A stretch of 63,987 nucleotides of DNA, counting the filler, from an uncultured bacterium (lineage in GTDB: Bacteria > CAYJRR01), in NCBI GenBank assembly GCA_964372275.1. It is 3 parts of 3 records of this genome, joined end to end, with 100 filler letters (N's around TTAATTAATTAA, not from the genome) between each part and the next. Parts side by side here need not be neighbours in the genome. Positions count along the whole stretch, not along the records: positions 1 to 28,132 come from CAYJRR010000059.1; 2 more parts are not named here. One strand, given 5' to 3'. Under the pieces are notes generated by a model. That model saw only the letters and a program-made list of their open reading frames with translations. It was not told where the DNA came from and searched no databases. How positions within the stretch are numbered: position 1 is the stretch's first letter; each line of letters begins with the position of its first letter. Both the position numbers and the translations under genes were made by a program. Of the stretch, positions 16,188 through 26,505 are shown one piece after another.

Positions 16188-19052
16188 ATGCGTAGCCTTC
16201 CCCTCCCCCTCTGCCTCCTGGCGGGCTGCGCGCTCCCCGCCCGCGACAATCCCGGCGATCCCGCCAATCGCCCGACGGCCGTCCTGCGCGTCCACGTGCT
16301 CGGCGGCGCGTCGAACCGCGGCTTCCGGGACGACACCTTCGTCCTCGACGCCGGCGACTCGCGGAACAGCGCCGACCGGACGTCCGGTCTCCGGTTCTGG
16401 TTCGACCTGGACGAGGACGAGTCCGACTTCGAGGTCGGCGGGGAGCAGGGCCTGACCGACCCCGTGCTGGAGACGCCGCTCGAGATCCTCGACCCGGAGG
16501 CCGGGTCGGGGCCGTCGATGCGGCGCGTGCGGGTGCGCGTCGCGGAGGGGGAGAGCGTTTCGATCGCCACCGCGACGGCGATCGTCACCAATCGGGCGCC
16601 GATCCTGGAGATCGGCGAGGACCTCTTCGTGCCGCCGGCCACCGGCGGGCCGGTCCGGCTCGACGCCTGCGGCGGGCGCCGGGAGCCGTACGCCTGCGCC
16701 ACGCGCGATCCCGACGGCGATCCGCTGACGATCACCTGGACGCAGCTCACCGGCAGCCCCCTCCTCGGAGGCGCGACGACGGCGACCGGGAGTCAGGTCG
16801 TCTTCGACGCCCCCATGGACGAGCAGACGCTCCTGTTCGGCGTTCGCGCGTACGACGGCCTGGCCGCCACCTCGCGCTTCCTCCGCGTGCACGTCACGAC
16901 GCAGGTGTGGCTGACCACCTACTTTCCGATGCGCACCTATCGCCTCTACGCCGACCTGCGGATCGCGCACGCGCTCGACGATCCCGACGGCTATTTCGAC
17001 ACCGCCGAAGGGATCGACGTCGACGCCGGGAGCGGCGACGTGTGGCTCGGCGCCAGTACCCGAAGCGACGGGAACGGAAACGTGGTGGCCACGCGCGTGC
17101 GGCGGTATCGGCCCGCGGCGTCCGCGTTCGAGTCGATCGAGGAGTGGGACCTGGGATCGCTCGACTGTGCGGACGAGGAGGAGGCGGCGGGACCCGACAA
17201 TCTCTGCATCGGCAGCGTCGTCTCGGTGGCCGCGCTCGGCGAGAACGGCTGCGCCGTCGTACGGCCGTTCGACTCGGTTACCTACACCGACGGCGCGTCG
17301 TTCGTCTTCCTGGAGGAGGGCGGCCTGGCGACCCCCTTCCTCTCGCCGGACGAAGGGTATCCGTTCCAGGTCCTTCCGGCCGGCGACGACGGCTGCTGGG
17401 CCTTGAGCACCCGCGCCCTCTATCGCCTCGACGCCGGCGGCCTTGTGGCCGTCGGCGACCCGATCGAGGCCGGGCACTTCCTCACCTCCGCGACGCTTTC
17501 CAGCGGCGGGTCGCTCGTCCTGGCGGTCGTTGCCGCAGGCAGCCAGGGAGACCTGGGCAACACGACGCTCTACCGGCTCGCGCCGGGCGACGAGGTTCCC
17601 CAACTACTGGCGACGATCCCGGACGTCCAGTTCGACGCGTTGACCAACGGTCCCGAAGGGATGCTATGGGCGCACGACGTCTACTCCGGACGAACGGCCG
17701 CCCTCGTGTCGGCCGACGCGGACGGCGATCTCACCTGCGCCGGAACCGAGTTGCCGGGCGTCTTGGGTCCGATCGTCGGGTGTCTCACCGGCGCGCCGGC
17801 GACGGCCTTGGCGCAGTACGACGACCTTGCCCCCGCGGTGACGAGCCCCTTCCAGCCGCGTTTCGTCGGCGATCCGCTGGAACGGGCCCTCTGGATCGTC
17901 GACCGCAACCAGGGGGCGCTGCTCCGCCTGGAATGGCTCGCCGGGGAGTTCGACCAGGTGCGAACCTTGGGCGCCAATCACCTCGGGGTGGGGACCGGCC
18001 CTTACTTCTGGAGAGCGGTGGCCCTCCATCCGATCGACCGGCGCGCCCTGGCCGCGGTGCGAGGACAGGACGCGCACGCGCTGGCATGGATCCCGCCGCA
18101 TCTGACCCGAATCCGCGAGATCGCGACGTCGGCCAGCGTGCCGAAGATCTCCGCCGATCCGACCCGGGGCGATCTGTGGCTGGCCGACGGGGGGCTGGTG
18201 AACCCCGACTCCCTCCGAAAGCTCGACGCCTCGGGCCGCGCGTTGGACGCGGTCGGCGACGAGTACCCGGCGATGGACGTCTCGGTCCTGCCCGACGGGA
18301 GCCTGTGGTCCGGCGGCGGCGGCGGCGGCCCCGACGGATGGCTGATGAAGATCGGTCCGGATGGATCGGTGGTGCGGACGGTCGACCTCGGAACGACGGT
18401 CGTGGGGGTCGACGCCGACGCAGACCACGTCTGCATCCTCGCCAACGACGCGGTGAACCCGGAACGACGGGCCGCGTGGCGCCTCGACGGCAATGCGACC
18501 GAGGCCGTGCCGCTCGCGGGACTCACCGGCGAGCCGCTCACCTTCGTGGCCGATCCGCCGCTCCCGCGCGCCGGTCCCGGCGGCACCTGCTGGTTTCTCG
18601 GCGAATCGTCCGACTGCCTCGACGGCGTCGATTCGCCCGACGCGTCGATCGCGCGGGTGCCCGGAGGATCGCTGCAGGCCGATCTCTGCGCGGACGAGGA
18701 TCCGGACGACGACGAGAGCCAGGGTCTGATCAACACCCCGGGCGACCTGTCGGTCGATCGCGCCACCGGGGTCGCGTACGCGACGGTTCAGCTCGACGGT
18801 GACACGATCGGCATCCTTCGGGTGTCCGGCATGACCCTCTCCAGCTCGCACGTGCTTCCCGACCTGTTCGGCGCCTTCAAGCTGGTGGAGGCGTCGCGGG
18901 TCTGCGCCGACTCCGCAGATCCGACGTGTCTCGAGCTCTGGATCACCCAGGGGGACCGCCTCGACCGCTACGATTCGGCCGGAACGTTGCTCGACCGCTA
19001 CATCGTTCCCGAGATCGGCTCCGGCACGTACGACCTCGAAGTTCGACCCTAG
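16188..19052 (+). CDS. Large lipoprotein with PKD/Ig-like and beta-propeller repeats
   Basis: Lipobox LLAGC; RDNPGDP; DPDGDPLTITWTQ PKD-like motif; repeated D..G.LW blades. Confidence 0.7.
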   Translation: MRSLPLPLCLLAGCALPARDNPGDPANRPTAVLRVHVLGGASNRGFRDDTFVLDAGDSRNSADRTSGLRFWFDLDEDESDFEVGGEQGLTDPVLETPLEILDPEAGSGPSMRRVRVRVAEGESVSIATATAIVTNRAPILEIGEDLFVPPATGGPVRLDACGGRREPYACATRDPDGDPLTITWTQLTGSPLLGGATTATGSQVVFDAPMDEQTLLFGVRAYDGLAATSRFLRVHVTTQVWLTTYFPMRTYRLYADLRIAHALDDPDGYFDTAEGIDVDAGSGDVWLGASTRSDGNGNVVATRVRRYRPAASAFESIEEWDLGSLDCADEEEAAGPDNLCIGSVVSVAALGENGCAVVRPFDSVTYTDGASFVFLEEGGLATPFLSPDEGYPFQVLPAGDDGCWALSTRALYRLDAGGLVAVGDPIEAGHFLTSATLSSGGSLVLAVVAAGSQGDLGNTTLYRLAPGDEVPQLLATIPDVQFDALTNGPEGMLWAHDVYSGRTAALVSADADGDLTCAGTELPGVLGPIVGCLTGAPATALAQYDDLAPAVTSPFQPRFVGDPLERALWIVDRNQGALLRLEWLAGEFDQVRTLGANHLGVGTGPYFWRAVALHPIDRRALAAVRGQDAHALAWIPPHLTRIREIATSASVPKISADPTRGDLWLADGGLVNPDSLRKLDASGRALDAVGDEYPAMDVSVLPDGSLWSGGGGGGPDGWLMKIGPDGSVVRTVDLGTTVVGVDADADHVCILANDAVNPERRAAWRLDGNATEAVPLAGLTGEPLTFVADPPLPRAGPGGTCWFLGESSDCLDGVDSPDASIARVPGGSLQADLCADEDPDDDESQGLINTPGDLSVDRATGVAYATVQLDGDTIGILRVSGMTLSSSHVLPDLFGAFKLVEASRVCADSADPTCLELWITQGDRLDRYDSAGTLLDRYIVPEIGSGTYDLEVRP

Positions 19053-19068
19053 CCCGCCGGATCCGGAG

Positions 19069-22029
19069 CTACTTCGGCGGGCGCTTCTTGACGCGATCGA
19101 GGAGGCTCCCCGCCAGGTTTCCGCCGGCGGGTCTCGGGGCTCCGGCGGGAGTGGCCGGACCCGCGGCCGGCGCATCGGGGTTCACCCGGGACGGCGCGCT
19201 GGGACGGATCTCCGGGCGCGCCAAGGTCGCGGGCGCCGTCGTCTCGAGCGTGGGTCCTGTGGTGGACGCGGGCACGGACGCGTCCGGCGCGGCGGCGCGC
19301 GGGCGGGCGGCGTCGCTCGCTCGGGCGGCGCGCTTGGCGGCGGCGAGCGAGCCGACGTGCGAGGTCGCCGCCGCGGGGGCCGGTGCGAATCGCGCCCGCG
19401 CCCAGGCCAGGGCCTTGTCGACCGACTCCCGGCCGACGATCACGCGCCGCACGGCGACGTCGAGCAGGAAGAGGATCGCCGCGATCCAGAAGAGCGGACC
19501 GCTCGTCTCGCGTGGTACGCGCGCGATCACCTCCGGCGGACGGAACGCCTCCGCCGGATCGTCGAGCGCGCGACCGCCGGTGCGCGACGACGCCCGCGCG
19601 AGCAGCCCGCCGTCCCCGGTCGAGACGCGGTACTCCGGGGAGTAGCCGACCGCCGCGCCGGTGAAGGCGCGGGCCGCGATCTCCACCGCCTCCTCCGCCG
19701 CGCCGCGACGGGGGGCGGTTCCGGACATCGCCGCGGTGACGAGGTAGGCGCCGACCCGCTCCGCGCGCGTCACGCCGGCGTAGCGGCCGGGACCGGTCTG
19801 GCGCAGCGGGACGGAGACGTGGCCGCGATCGGGCCCGACCACCTCCGCGAACAGTTCGCGGAAGTTCGCGAACTCCTCCCGGCCGGCGGCGGTCGCCTCC
19901 GCCTCGATGCGCATCACCCCGTCGGCGTCGACTGCGGCCGAAACCGTCAAGCCCGCCCCTTCGCGCGCGCCGAGGGAGGCGCGGACCACCTGGGTCCAGA
20001 ACTTCGGAAAACCGTCCCAATCGATCCAACCCTTCGACCAACGCGGCTCGGCGTCGCCGGTGAACGCCACCGCCTTCCCCAATCCGATCCGCCACGACGC
20101 GAGGAGCGGGTCCCCCTTGTGCGTCTTCATCCAGACCGTCGCCCGCTCCTTGCGGGTCGTCCCGACGTACCCGAGGAGCGGCGGCAACTCGACCGACTCC
20201 AGTCCGCGCACCGGGCCTCCGCCGGCCTCCAGCCGCGGCGTGAACGTCTCCTCCACCACGTAGTTTCGCGCCACCAGGATCGTCTCCCGGCTGAAGATCC
20301 GGGGAATGCTCTCGGCGTCGGGGGAGAAGTAGTAGCGACCGCCCCCCGACGTGGCGAGCCGCTCCATGGTGTGCAGGTCGGCGTCCGATCCGATGGCGAT
20401 GGCGGAAAGCGTCACCTTGTCGTCGCGCATCCGGCGCGCCATCCCGGCGATGTCGCCCGGCGCCGACTGGCCGTCGGAGACGAGCAGCACGTGCTTCACC
20501 GCCGCCCCCGACCGCATCGCCTCCTTGCGCCCGTCCTCGAGCGCAGGGAAGAAGTCGGTCCCGCCGCCGCCGCCGATGCCGGCGATCGCCGAGACGACCT
20601 TCCCCTTGTGGGCCAACTTCGTCGCCGGAAGCACCGTCTGCGCCGCTTCGTCGAAGGCGATCACCGCCACCGAATCGCGCGGGCTCAACAGCTCCACCGC
20701 GGCGATCGCCGCCTCCTTCGCCATCTGCATCTTGGAGACGCCGGAGGCGTCCCCGCCCTGCATCGAGCCCGATTTGTCGATGACGATCGCGAGACAGACC
20801 GCCGGGTGCTGCTCGGTCTCCTTCAACGTCATCTCGACCGGCATCGCCTCCTCGAGGGGCGTCCCGTCCCAGCCGCCGACGCCGAACGCCTGGTCGCCTC
20901 CGACGGCGATCAGCCCTCCCCCAAGGTCCCGCGCGAACGACCGCAACGACTCCATCTGGGCGCGGGAGAGGACGGTCGCCGGGACGTTCTCCAGGACGAC
21001 CGCGTCGTAGCCGGCCAGCTCGGCGACGGTGCGCCCGATCGACGCGCTGTTTCCGACGACGACGTCGAATCCGCCGGCGGAGAGCGCCCCGTCCAGGTAG
21101 CGACCGCGCGAGGTCGCCTCGGACGCGATCAGCACCCGCGGCGTCCCCGCGACCCGCGTGAACCCGATCCCGGCGTTGTTCTGGGGGATGGTGTCCCTCT
21201 CCGGCTCGATCACCGCCTCGTACTGGTAGAACCCGCCGCTCTCCAGGCGTTGCGGGAAGAGGACGACCGACGGCTTCCCGGCGGCAAGCGCGACGTGGCG
21301 CTCGCCGACGAGCACGTCGTCGCGGAAGAGCCGGACGGTGGCGGTGGTCTCCTCGAACGGACGCACCACCACCTGCACGTCGAACGGCTCCCCTTCCGCC
21401 GCGCGCGCCGGCGCCTGGACCCGCTCCACCAGCACCTCGGGACCGGCGCGTCGGGGAAGCGGAAGGTGGTCGATGGTGATGCCGGTGGCCGCGGCGGCGA
21501 CCGACTCGTCGTCGAGGCTCCCCTTGTTCTGCAGACCGTCGCTTACGACCACCACGCGCTTGGCGGCGTCGGCGGGGAAGACGCCGGCCGCCACGCGAAG
21601 CGCGAGGGCGAGGTCGGAGGCGGTCGGATCGACCACCGTCTCGAGCGACGCGGGTCCCTCGGCATCGGTGCGGGGAAGCGACTCGACCCGGGCGTCCCGG
21701 CCGAAGACGATCGTCCCGGAGCCGTCCTTGGGCCGCTTCCCGCGAACCGCGTCGCGGGCGAAGGCGAGCCCCGCCTCGCGCGCCGCCGCCGGAACCGAGT
21801 CGGACCCGTCGACGAGGAACAGGACCGCCAGCTCGTCCTTCTCCCGCAAGAGCGTGAGCCGGGCCAGCGCCAGCGCCAGCGCCGCGATCGCGAGCACCCG
21901 CAGGGCCAGCGCCGCCGCGCGCCGCGGACCCGAGAGCGGCGATCGGTAGACGTGCGCGATCCAGACGAAGAACGGGATCGCCAGCAGCAGGAGGAGACCG
22001 CGCGGCTCCTGGAGCTGCGCGGTGATCAT
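19069..22029 (-). CDS. Membrane protein with two VWA domains and a glutamine-amidotransferase-like domain
   Basis: N-terminal TMs; MIDAS DGSDS and DKSGSM; YDAVVLENV...GGGLIAVGG; C-terminal TM. Confidence 0.85.
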   Translation of the reverse strand: MITAQLQEPRGLLLLLAIPFFVWIAHVYRSPLSGPRRAAALALRVLAIAALALALARLTLLREKDELAVLFLVDGSDSVPAAAREAGLAFARDAVRGKRPKDGSGTIVFGRDARVESLPRTDAEGPASLETVVDPTASDLALALRVAAGVFPADAAKRVVVVSDGLQNKGSLDDESVAAAATGITIDHLPLPRRAGPEVLVERVQAPARAAEGEPFDVQVVVRPFEETTATVRLFRDDVLVGERHVALAAGKPSVVLFPQRLESGGFYQYEAVIEPERDTIPQNNAGIGFTRVAGTPRVLIASEATSRGRYLDGALSAGGFDVVVGNSASIGRTVAELAGYDAVVLENVPATVLSRAQMESLRSFARDLGGGLIAVGGDQAFGVGGWDGTPLEEAMPVEMTLKETEQHPAVCLAIVIDKSGSMQGGDASGVSKMQMAKEAAIAAVELLSPRDSVAVIAFDEAAQTVLPATKLAHKGKVVSAIAGIGGGGGTDFFPALEDGRKEAMRSGAAVKHVLLVSDGQSAPGDIAGMARRMRDDKVTLSAIAIGSDADLHTMERLATSGGGRYYFSPDAESIPRIFSRETILVARNYVVEETFTPRLEAGGGPVRGLESVELPPLLGYVGTTRKERATVWMKTHKGDPLLASWRIGLGKAVAFTGDAEPRWSKGWIDWDGFPKFWTQVVRASLGAREGAGLTVSAAVDADGVMRIEAEATAAGREEFANFRELFAEVVGPDRGHVSVPLRQTGPGRYAGVTRAERVGAYLVTAAMSGTAPRRGAAEEAVEIAARAFTGAAVGYSPEYRVSTGDGGLLARASSRTGGRALDDPAEAFRPPEVIARVPRETSGPLFWIAAILFLLDVAVRRVIVGRESVDKALAWARARFAPAPAAATSHVGSLAAAKRAARASDAARPRAAAPDASVPASTTGPTLETTAPATLARPEIRPSAPSRVNPDAPAAGPATPAGAPRPAGGNLAGSLLDRVKKRPPK

Positions 22030-23891
22030 CCGCCCCTCCGGTGGAAGACCCACCACTCCGCGCTCAGGAACCCGAGGGCGAGGAGCGCCGCCCACGGCGC
22101 GAGGTCGAGGAGCCGTCGGACGTCGCCCTCCTCCTCGGCGCGGACGGTCGCGGCGCCGAGCGACAACGACGGACGCGGACGAACATCGCTTTCGGCGCGG
22201 GAGAGCAGGTTCACGGCGAACGACGACCGTTCGCCGCCGGCGGTGACGCGGTAGATCCCCGCGCGGGTCGTTCCTTCGAACAACCACTCCGGCTCGGCGC
22301 CGGCGACGGTGGAGACGCGGAGCGCGTGGTCGCCTCCGCCCGGGTCTACCACCCGCACCGTCTCCGTGCCGGCCGGGGCGTCGCCCCGCGCGATCTCACC
22401 GGCCGCGACGACGCGGACTCCGGAGGCGGCGTCCGACAGGAGCCAGTCGACGGCGTTGGCGAGCAGGATCGGAAATCCGGCACGCAGCGGGAGGTCGGTA
22501 TCGAACGGATCGAACGCGAGGACGACGAGGCGGCTTCCCGGCCGCTCGTACGCCCAGACGATCGGCGTGGCGCCGGCCTCGGCGAGGACCACCGCACCCG
22601 GTGGCGGAGTGGTGGCGATCGCGACTCCGACGTGCGCTTCGCCCAGCGCGGTGTGCCGCGTGATGGAGTGCTGCGGTTCCCAGTGGACCGGCCCCGGATC
22701 CTCGACTCTGGCGCCGACCGCGAAAAGCCCCCGACCGGTGACTGGCGCCACCACCAGGAACCGTCCGCGCGAATAGGAGGCCGGCTCGGTCCCGGCGAAG
22801 GCGCCGACGGTCTGCGAAGCGCTACCGGCGGCGGGCAACCCTTCCCGCACGGTGAGCCTCGGATCGGCCGCCAACGCGCGACGAAGCAAGGCCGTATCGG
22901 CCCCCGCGAGACCGACGCCGATCCGTCCGCGCGCCGGCAACGCCACGTAGACGCGGTCGTCGGAGGGGAGGATCCCGCCGGGGGTGACGGCAAGCTCGAG
23001 CAGCCCCCCCTCGTCGGGCACGGCGAACACCTCGCTCCGCTCGCCGCCGGCGGGGACGGTCAACGGCTTGACCTCCAGCAGTTCCGGCGGAAGCTCGGCT
23101 CCTTTCGCGTCGAGCGGGCGGAGGCGGATCTCCAGGTCGACGGCGACCTCCTCTCCGCCCGCGTTGGCGACAGTGGCGAACCCCTGCCGGGCGCCGCCGG
23201 AGCGGCGCCGCACGTCGACGGCGACGATCGCCACGTTGTCGCCCCGCTCGCCGACCGAGACGAAGCGGACGGGCGCATCCCCGACGCTCAGGTCCTGGAG
23301 CGGGTCGACCGCGCCGTCGGTCAGGACGACGATCTCGCGCGAGCCGCGTCCGGCCGAGGCCGACAGCGCCAGGAGGAGCGCGCCTCGCAAGTCGCCCGGT
23401 GCGTCCGCGGGCTCGAGTGCCGCAAGGGCGCGCTTGAGCGATCCGGCATCGCGGCTGAACGGCGCCACGACCCGCGGCCGCGGGCCCGCCCACACCACCA
23501 TCGCCTCGTCCTCGGGACGGAGCTCCCCGACCATCCGTCCCGCGAGCGCCGCCGCGCGCGAGAAACGGTTGGGCGCGACGTCGGTCGAGGCCATCGAAGC
23601 CGAGCCGTCGAGCACCAGCACCGTCGAGCGCGCGGCGCGTCCCCGGACAGTGATAGACGGTCTGGCCAGCGCCAGCGCCAGGAACACGAGCACCGCGATC
23701 TGGAGCAGGAGGAGCAGGTTGCGCCGCAGCCGCTGGAAGGGAGCGTTGGCGCGCGAGTCGAGCAGCGCGCGCCTCCACAGCAGGCTGGAGGAGATCACCC
23801 ACGGCACCCGCTTGAGCTTCAGGAAGTAGAGGAGCACCAGCGGCGGAACGAGCGCCAACGCCCACAGCCCCGAAGGCAGCAGCAACTGCAT
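22026..23891 (-). CDS. BatA-like N-terminal TM plus VWA domain protein
   Basis: LVPPLVLLYFLK...SSLLW...LALARP; DGSASM MIDAS; C-terminal AEWW. Confidence 0.85.
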   Translation of the reverse strand: MQLLLPSGLWALALVPPLVLLYFLKLKRVPWVISSSLLWRRALLDSRANAPFQRLRRNLLLLLQIAVLVFLALALARPSITVRGRAARSTVLVLDGSASMASTDVAPNRFSRAAALAGRMVGELRPEDEAMVVWAGPRPRVVAPFSRDAGSLKRALAALEPADAPGDLRGALLLALSASAGRGSREIVVLTDGAVDPLQDLSVGDAPVRFVSVGERGDNVAIVAVDVRRRSGGARQGFATVANAGGEEVAVDLEIRLRPLDAKGAELPPELLEVKPLTVPAGGERSEVFAVPDEGGLLELAVTPGGILPSDDRVYVALPARGRIGVGLAGADTALLRRALAADPRLTVREGLPAAGSASQTVGAFAGTEPASYSRGRFLVVAPVTGRGLFAVGARVEDPGPVHWEPQHSITRHTALGEAHVGVAIATTPPPGAVVLAEAGATPIVWAYERPGSRLVVLAFDPFDTDLPLRAGFPILLANAVDWLLSDAASGVRVVAAGEIARGDAPAGTETVRVVDPGGGDHALRVSTVAGAEPEWLFEGTTRAGIYRVTAGGERSSFAVNLLSRAESDVRPRPSLSLGAATVRAEEEGDVRRLLDLAPWAALLALGFLSAEWWVFHRRGG

Positions 23892-23931
23892 CAGCGCCCC
23901 CTCCACGCGCCGCGGCCGCCCGACCCGATCC

Positions 23932-24828
23932 TCATCCGCGGCCCCCCAGGACGCCCCCCTGGCGGAGGACATCGAAGACGAGGCGCTCGAACGGGACGTC
24001 GGTCGGCGCGTGCGCGTAGCTCATCTGGTATCGCGCCGCGAAGACGCGCAGCTCGTCGCAGAAGGCGGCGTAGGTCCGCCGGTACCCCTCGAGCAGGCGC
24101 GGGGTGAGCGTCACCGGCACCTTGGCGCCGCTCTCGCCGTCGACGATCTCCAGATCCCCCAGGCGCGCAGGATGGATCTCCTCCGGCGCCGCCACCTGCA
24201 CCAACGCCACCTGCGACGACCCGCCGGCGATCGCCCGCAAGCCCGCCTCGTAGCCTCCGGCGCAGAGGAAGTCGCTGATCACGATCGCCGCCCCGCGACG
24301 GCCGCGCGGCAGACCGCCGCGGAACGATTCCGCGAAGTCGGTCTCGCCCGCGGGCTCGATCGACTCCAGGTGATCGAAGACGCGGAAGATCCGCGACGGC
24401 CCGCGCCCGGGCGGAAGGCCGGGATCGAGCGACCCGGCGAAGGACCACAGGGCGACGCGGTCCTGCCGCTTGAGTCCCACGTAGGCGAGCGCCGCCGCGA
24501 GCCGCCGAGCGTAGTCCCACTTCGACGGCTCGCCGAACGCCATCGACCGGCTGCGGTCGAGGTAGATCCGCACGTCGAGGTCCTCCTCCGCGACGAACAG
24601 CCGCAGGAAGAGGCTCCCCAGCCGGCCGTAGAGGTTCCAGTCGATGTGGCGGAAGTCATCGCCGGGGACGTAGTTCCGGTAGTCGGCGAACTCGACCGAG
24701 ACGCCGCGGCGCTTCGACCGCCGCTCGGCGGATGCCTTCCCCACCACCGCCCGGCGCGCCACCAGCGCCAGTCGATCGAGCCGACGCAGGAAGACCGGAT
24801 CGAGAAGTCGCCCCTTGGCCTCGCTCAT
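23932..24828 (-). CDS. DUF58 family protein
   Basis: SVEFADYRNYVPGDDFRHIDWN, DRSRSM, ISDF. Confidence 0.9.
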   Translation of the reverse strand: MSEAKGRLLDPVFLRRLDRLALVARRAVVGKASAERRSKRRGVSVEFADYRNYVPGDDFRHIDWNLYGRLGSLFLRLFVAEEDLDVRIYLDRSRSMAFGEPSKWDYARRLAAALAYVGLKRQDRVALWSFAGSLDPGLPPGRGPSRIFRVFDHLESIEPAGETDFAESFRGGLPRGRRGAAIVISDFLCAGGYEAGLRAIAGGSSQVALVQVAAPEEIHPARLGDLEIVDGESGAKVPVTLTPRLLEGYRRTYAAFCDELRVFAARYQMSYAHAPTDVPFERLVFDVLRQGGVLGGRG

Positions 24829-26504
24829 CCCTCCTCCCGGCGCGCGAGGTGGGCTCCGGCCACGCGGAGCGAGGCGAGCGAGGCGAGGATCAGGATCCCG
24901 AGCCCCGAAAGTGCGAAGTACAGGTCCTCGTGATTCCGGTTCGGATCGCCGACGCGTCCCATCTCCTCCATCAACTCCGCCAGCATCACCGCCGGGTTGA
25001 ACAGGCCGACGACCTCCGTCTCCAGGCGGGCGTTGAAGGCCACCAGCAGGAACAGCGGCGCGACGACGTAGACGATCGACGCGCCGGTCGCCGTCCCGAC
25101 GGCCACCGCGGGACGCCGCGCCCAGGCGGAGAAGGCGATCCCCACCGACATGCCGGCGAAGAGGACGACCCCCGCCGCCGCCAGGGCGACCGCGATCGAC
25201 AGCGGATCCTGCTGCCCGAAGAAGACGCCCGCGATCAACGCCGGCAGGAACAGCATCGGCCAGAGAAACCGTCCGAGACCGGCGAGCTTCCCGGCCAGGA
25301 GCTCGCGCTCGCGCAGCAGCGACAGCCGCAGCAGGGCCATCGAACGCCGTTCCCGCTCCTCGGCGATCGCCGCGCTCCCCACGATCAGCGCCACCAGCCC
25401 ACCGGCGCCGATGATCAGGAAGAGGGTGACCCGACCCATCTCGTTGCTCGCGTAGAGTCCGTGGGCCGGCGCGATCAGGAACGGGACGCACAGGGCGCCG
25501 CATGCGACGAGGAGATAGGCCGCGCGCAGCAGTCGCGACGCCATCCCCCGGCGCGAAGTCCGCGCATCGCGCCAGGCCACGGGATTGCCCGGGATCAGCT
25601 CTCCTTCCGGCACCCGTACCGCTGGATGTTGCGCCCCGTGCCGCGTCGCCGGCGCTCCCGCGGAGGCCGGACGACCCCGCGGCGTGCCCGGCGTGGGATC
25701 GGAGTCTTTCCCGCGCGCTGGCGTGGCGCCCGCGGTTTCGCGGCGCGGGTCGGCAAAGCGGACGACCGGCAGGAGCGCGAGCGGAACGAGGGCCAGCGGC
25801 AGCGAGAGCGCGATCCAGGCGCTCGACGAGGCCATCGATCCGGTGACGGTCATCACCACCGACGCGAGCGGCACCAACAGCGCCCACAGATCGGCCGCGA
25901 CGTGGCCGGTGATGTCCGCGAGCGCGAGGAGGACCGGCGGGCCGAGGAAGATCGCGCCCAACAGGACGTAGGCGGCGACGAAAGCGGCCACGCTCTGGCG
26001 GAATCCGCCCGAGGCGAGAAGTCCCACGGCGGTCGCGAGCGCCCCGGCGGCGAAGCCGTGGGCCAACACCAAGGCGATCCCTTCGGCGGCGATCCCTCCC
26101 ATCAGCGTGCCGATGAAGAGGAGCGGCGCTCCGGACAGCAGGAACAACGCGATCGTCACCAGCCGCGCCGAGAACTTTCCCAGCACCACCTGCCACGGGC
26201 GCACGCCGGCGGCCGCGAGGAGCTCGAGGCCGCCCTCGGCGCGCTCCCGCGCGATCGCCCCGATCGACAGCGCCGGAGCGATCAGGACGACCGCCAGGTA
26301 CTGGACGATCCCGAAGGCAACCGCGAACTCCTGGCCGGCGCGCGACGCGCTGAAGGTCATTCCCTGACTCATCCGCCGGACGTGCTGATGCAGGATCGGC
26401 AGCGTGACGATCGTGAGAAGCGCGATGTAGGCGGCGCGCACGGCGAAGGTCCGCCCGTGGCGTCCGCTCCCCAGGACCTCCTTCCGGACGATCGCCAGGA
26501 TCAC
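24825..26504 (-). CDS. ABC transporter permease (duplicated ABC-2-like domains)
   Basis: Many TMs; two IA.ERE motifs (IARERAEGGLELL, IAEERERRSMALL). Confidence 0.8.
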   Translation of the reverse strand: MILAIVRKEVLGSGRHGRTFAVRAAYIALLTIVTLPILHQHVRRMSQGMTFSASRAGQEFAVAFGIVQYLAVVLIAPALSIGAIARERAEGGLELLAAAGVRPWQVVLGKFSARLVTIALFLLSGAPLLFIGTLMGGIAAEGIALVLAHGFAAGALATAVGLLASGGFRQSVAAFVAAYVLLGAIFLGPPVLLALADITGHVAADLWALLVPLASVVMTVTGSMASSSAWIALSLPLALVPLALLPVVRFADPRRETAGATPARGKDSDPTPGTPRGRPASAGAPATRHGAQHPAVRVPEGELIPGNPVAWRDARTSRRGMASRLLRAAYLLVACGALCVPFLIAPAHGLYASNEMGRVTLFLIIGAGGLVALIVGSAAIAEERERRSMALLRLSLLRERELLAGKLAGLGRFLWPMLFLPALIAGVFFGQQDPLSIAVALAAAGVVLFAGMSVGIAFSAWARRPAVAVGTATGASIVYVVAPLFLLVAFNARLETEVVGLFNPAVMLAELMEEMGRVGDPNRNHEDLYFALSGLGILILASLASLRVAGAHLARREEG

Positions 26505-26505
26505 C

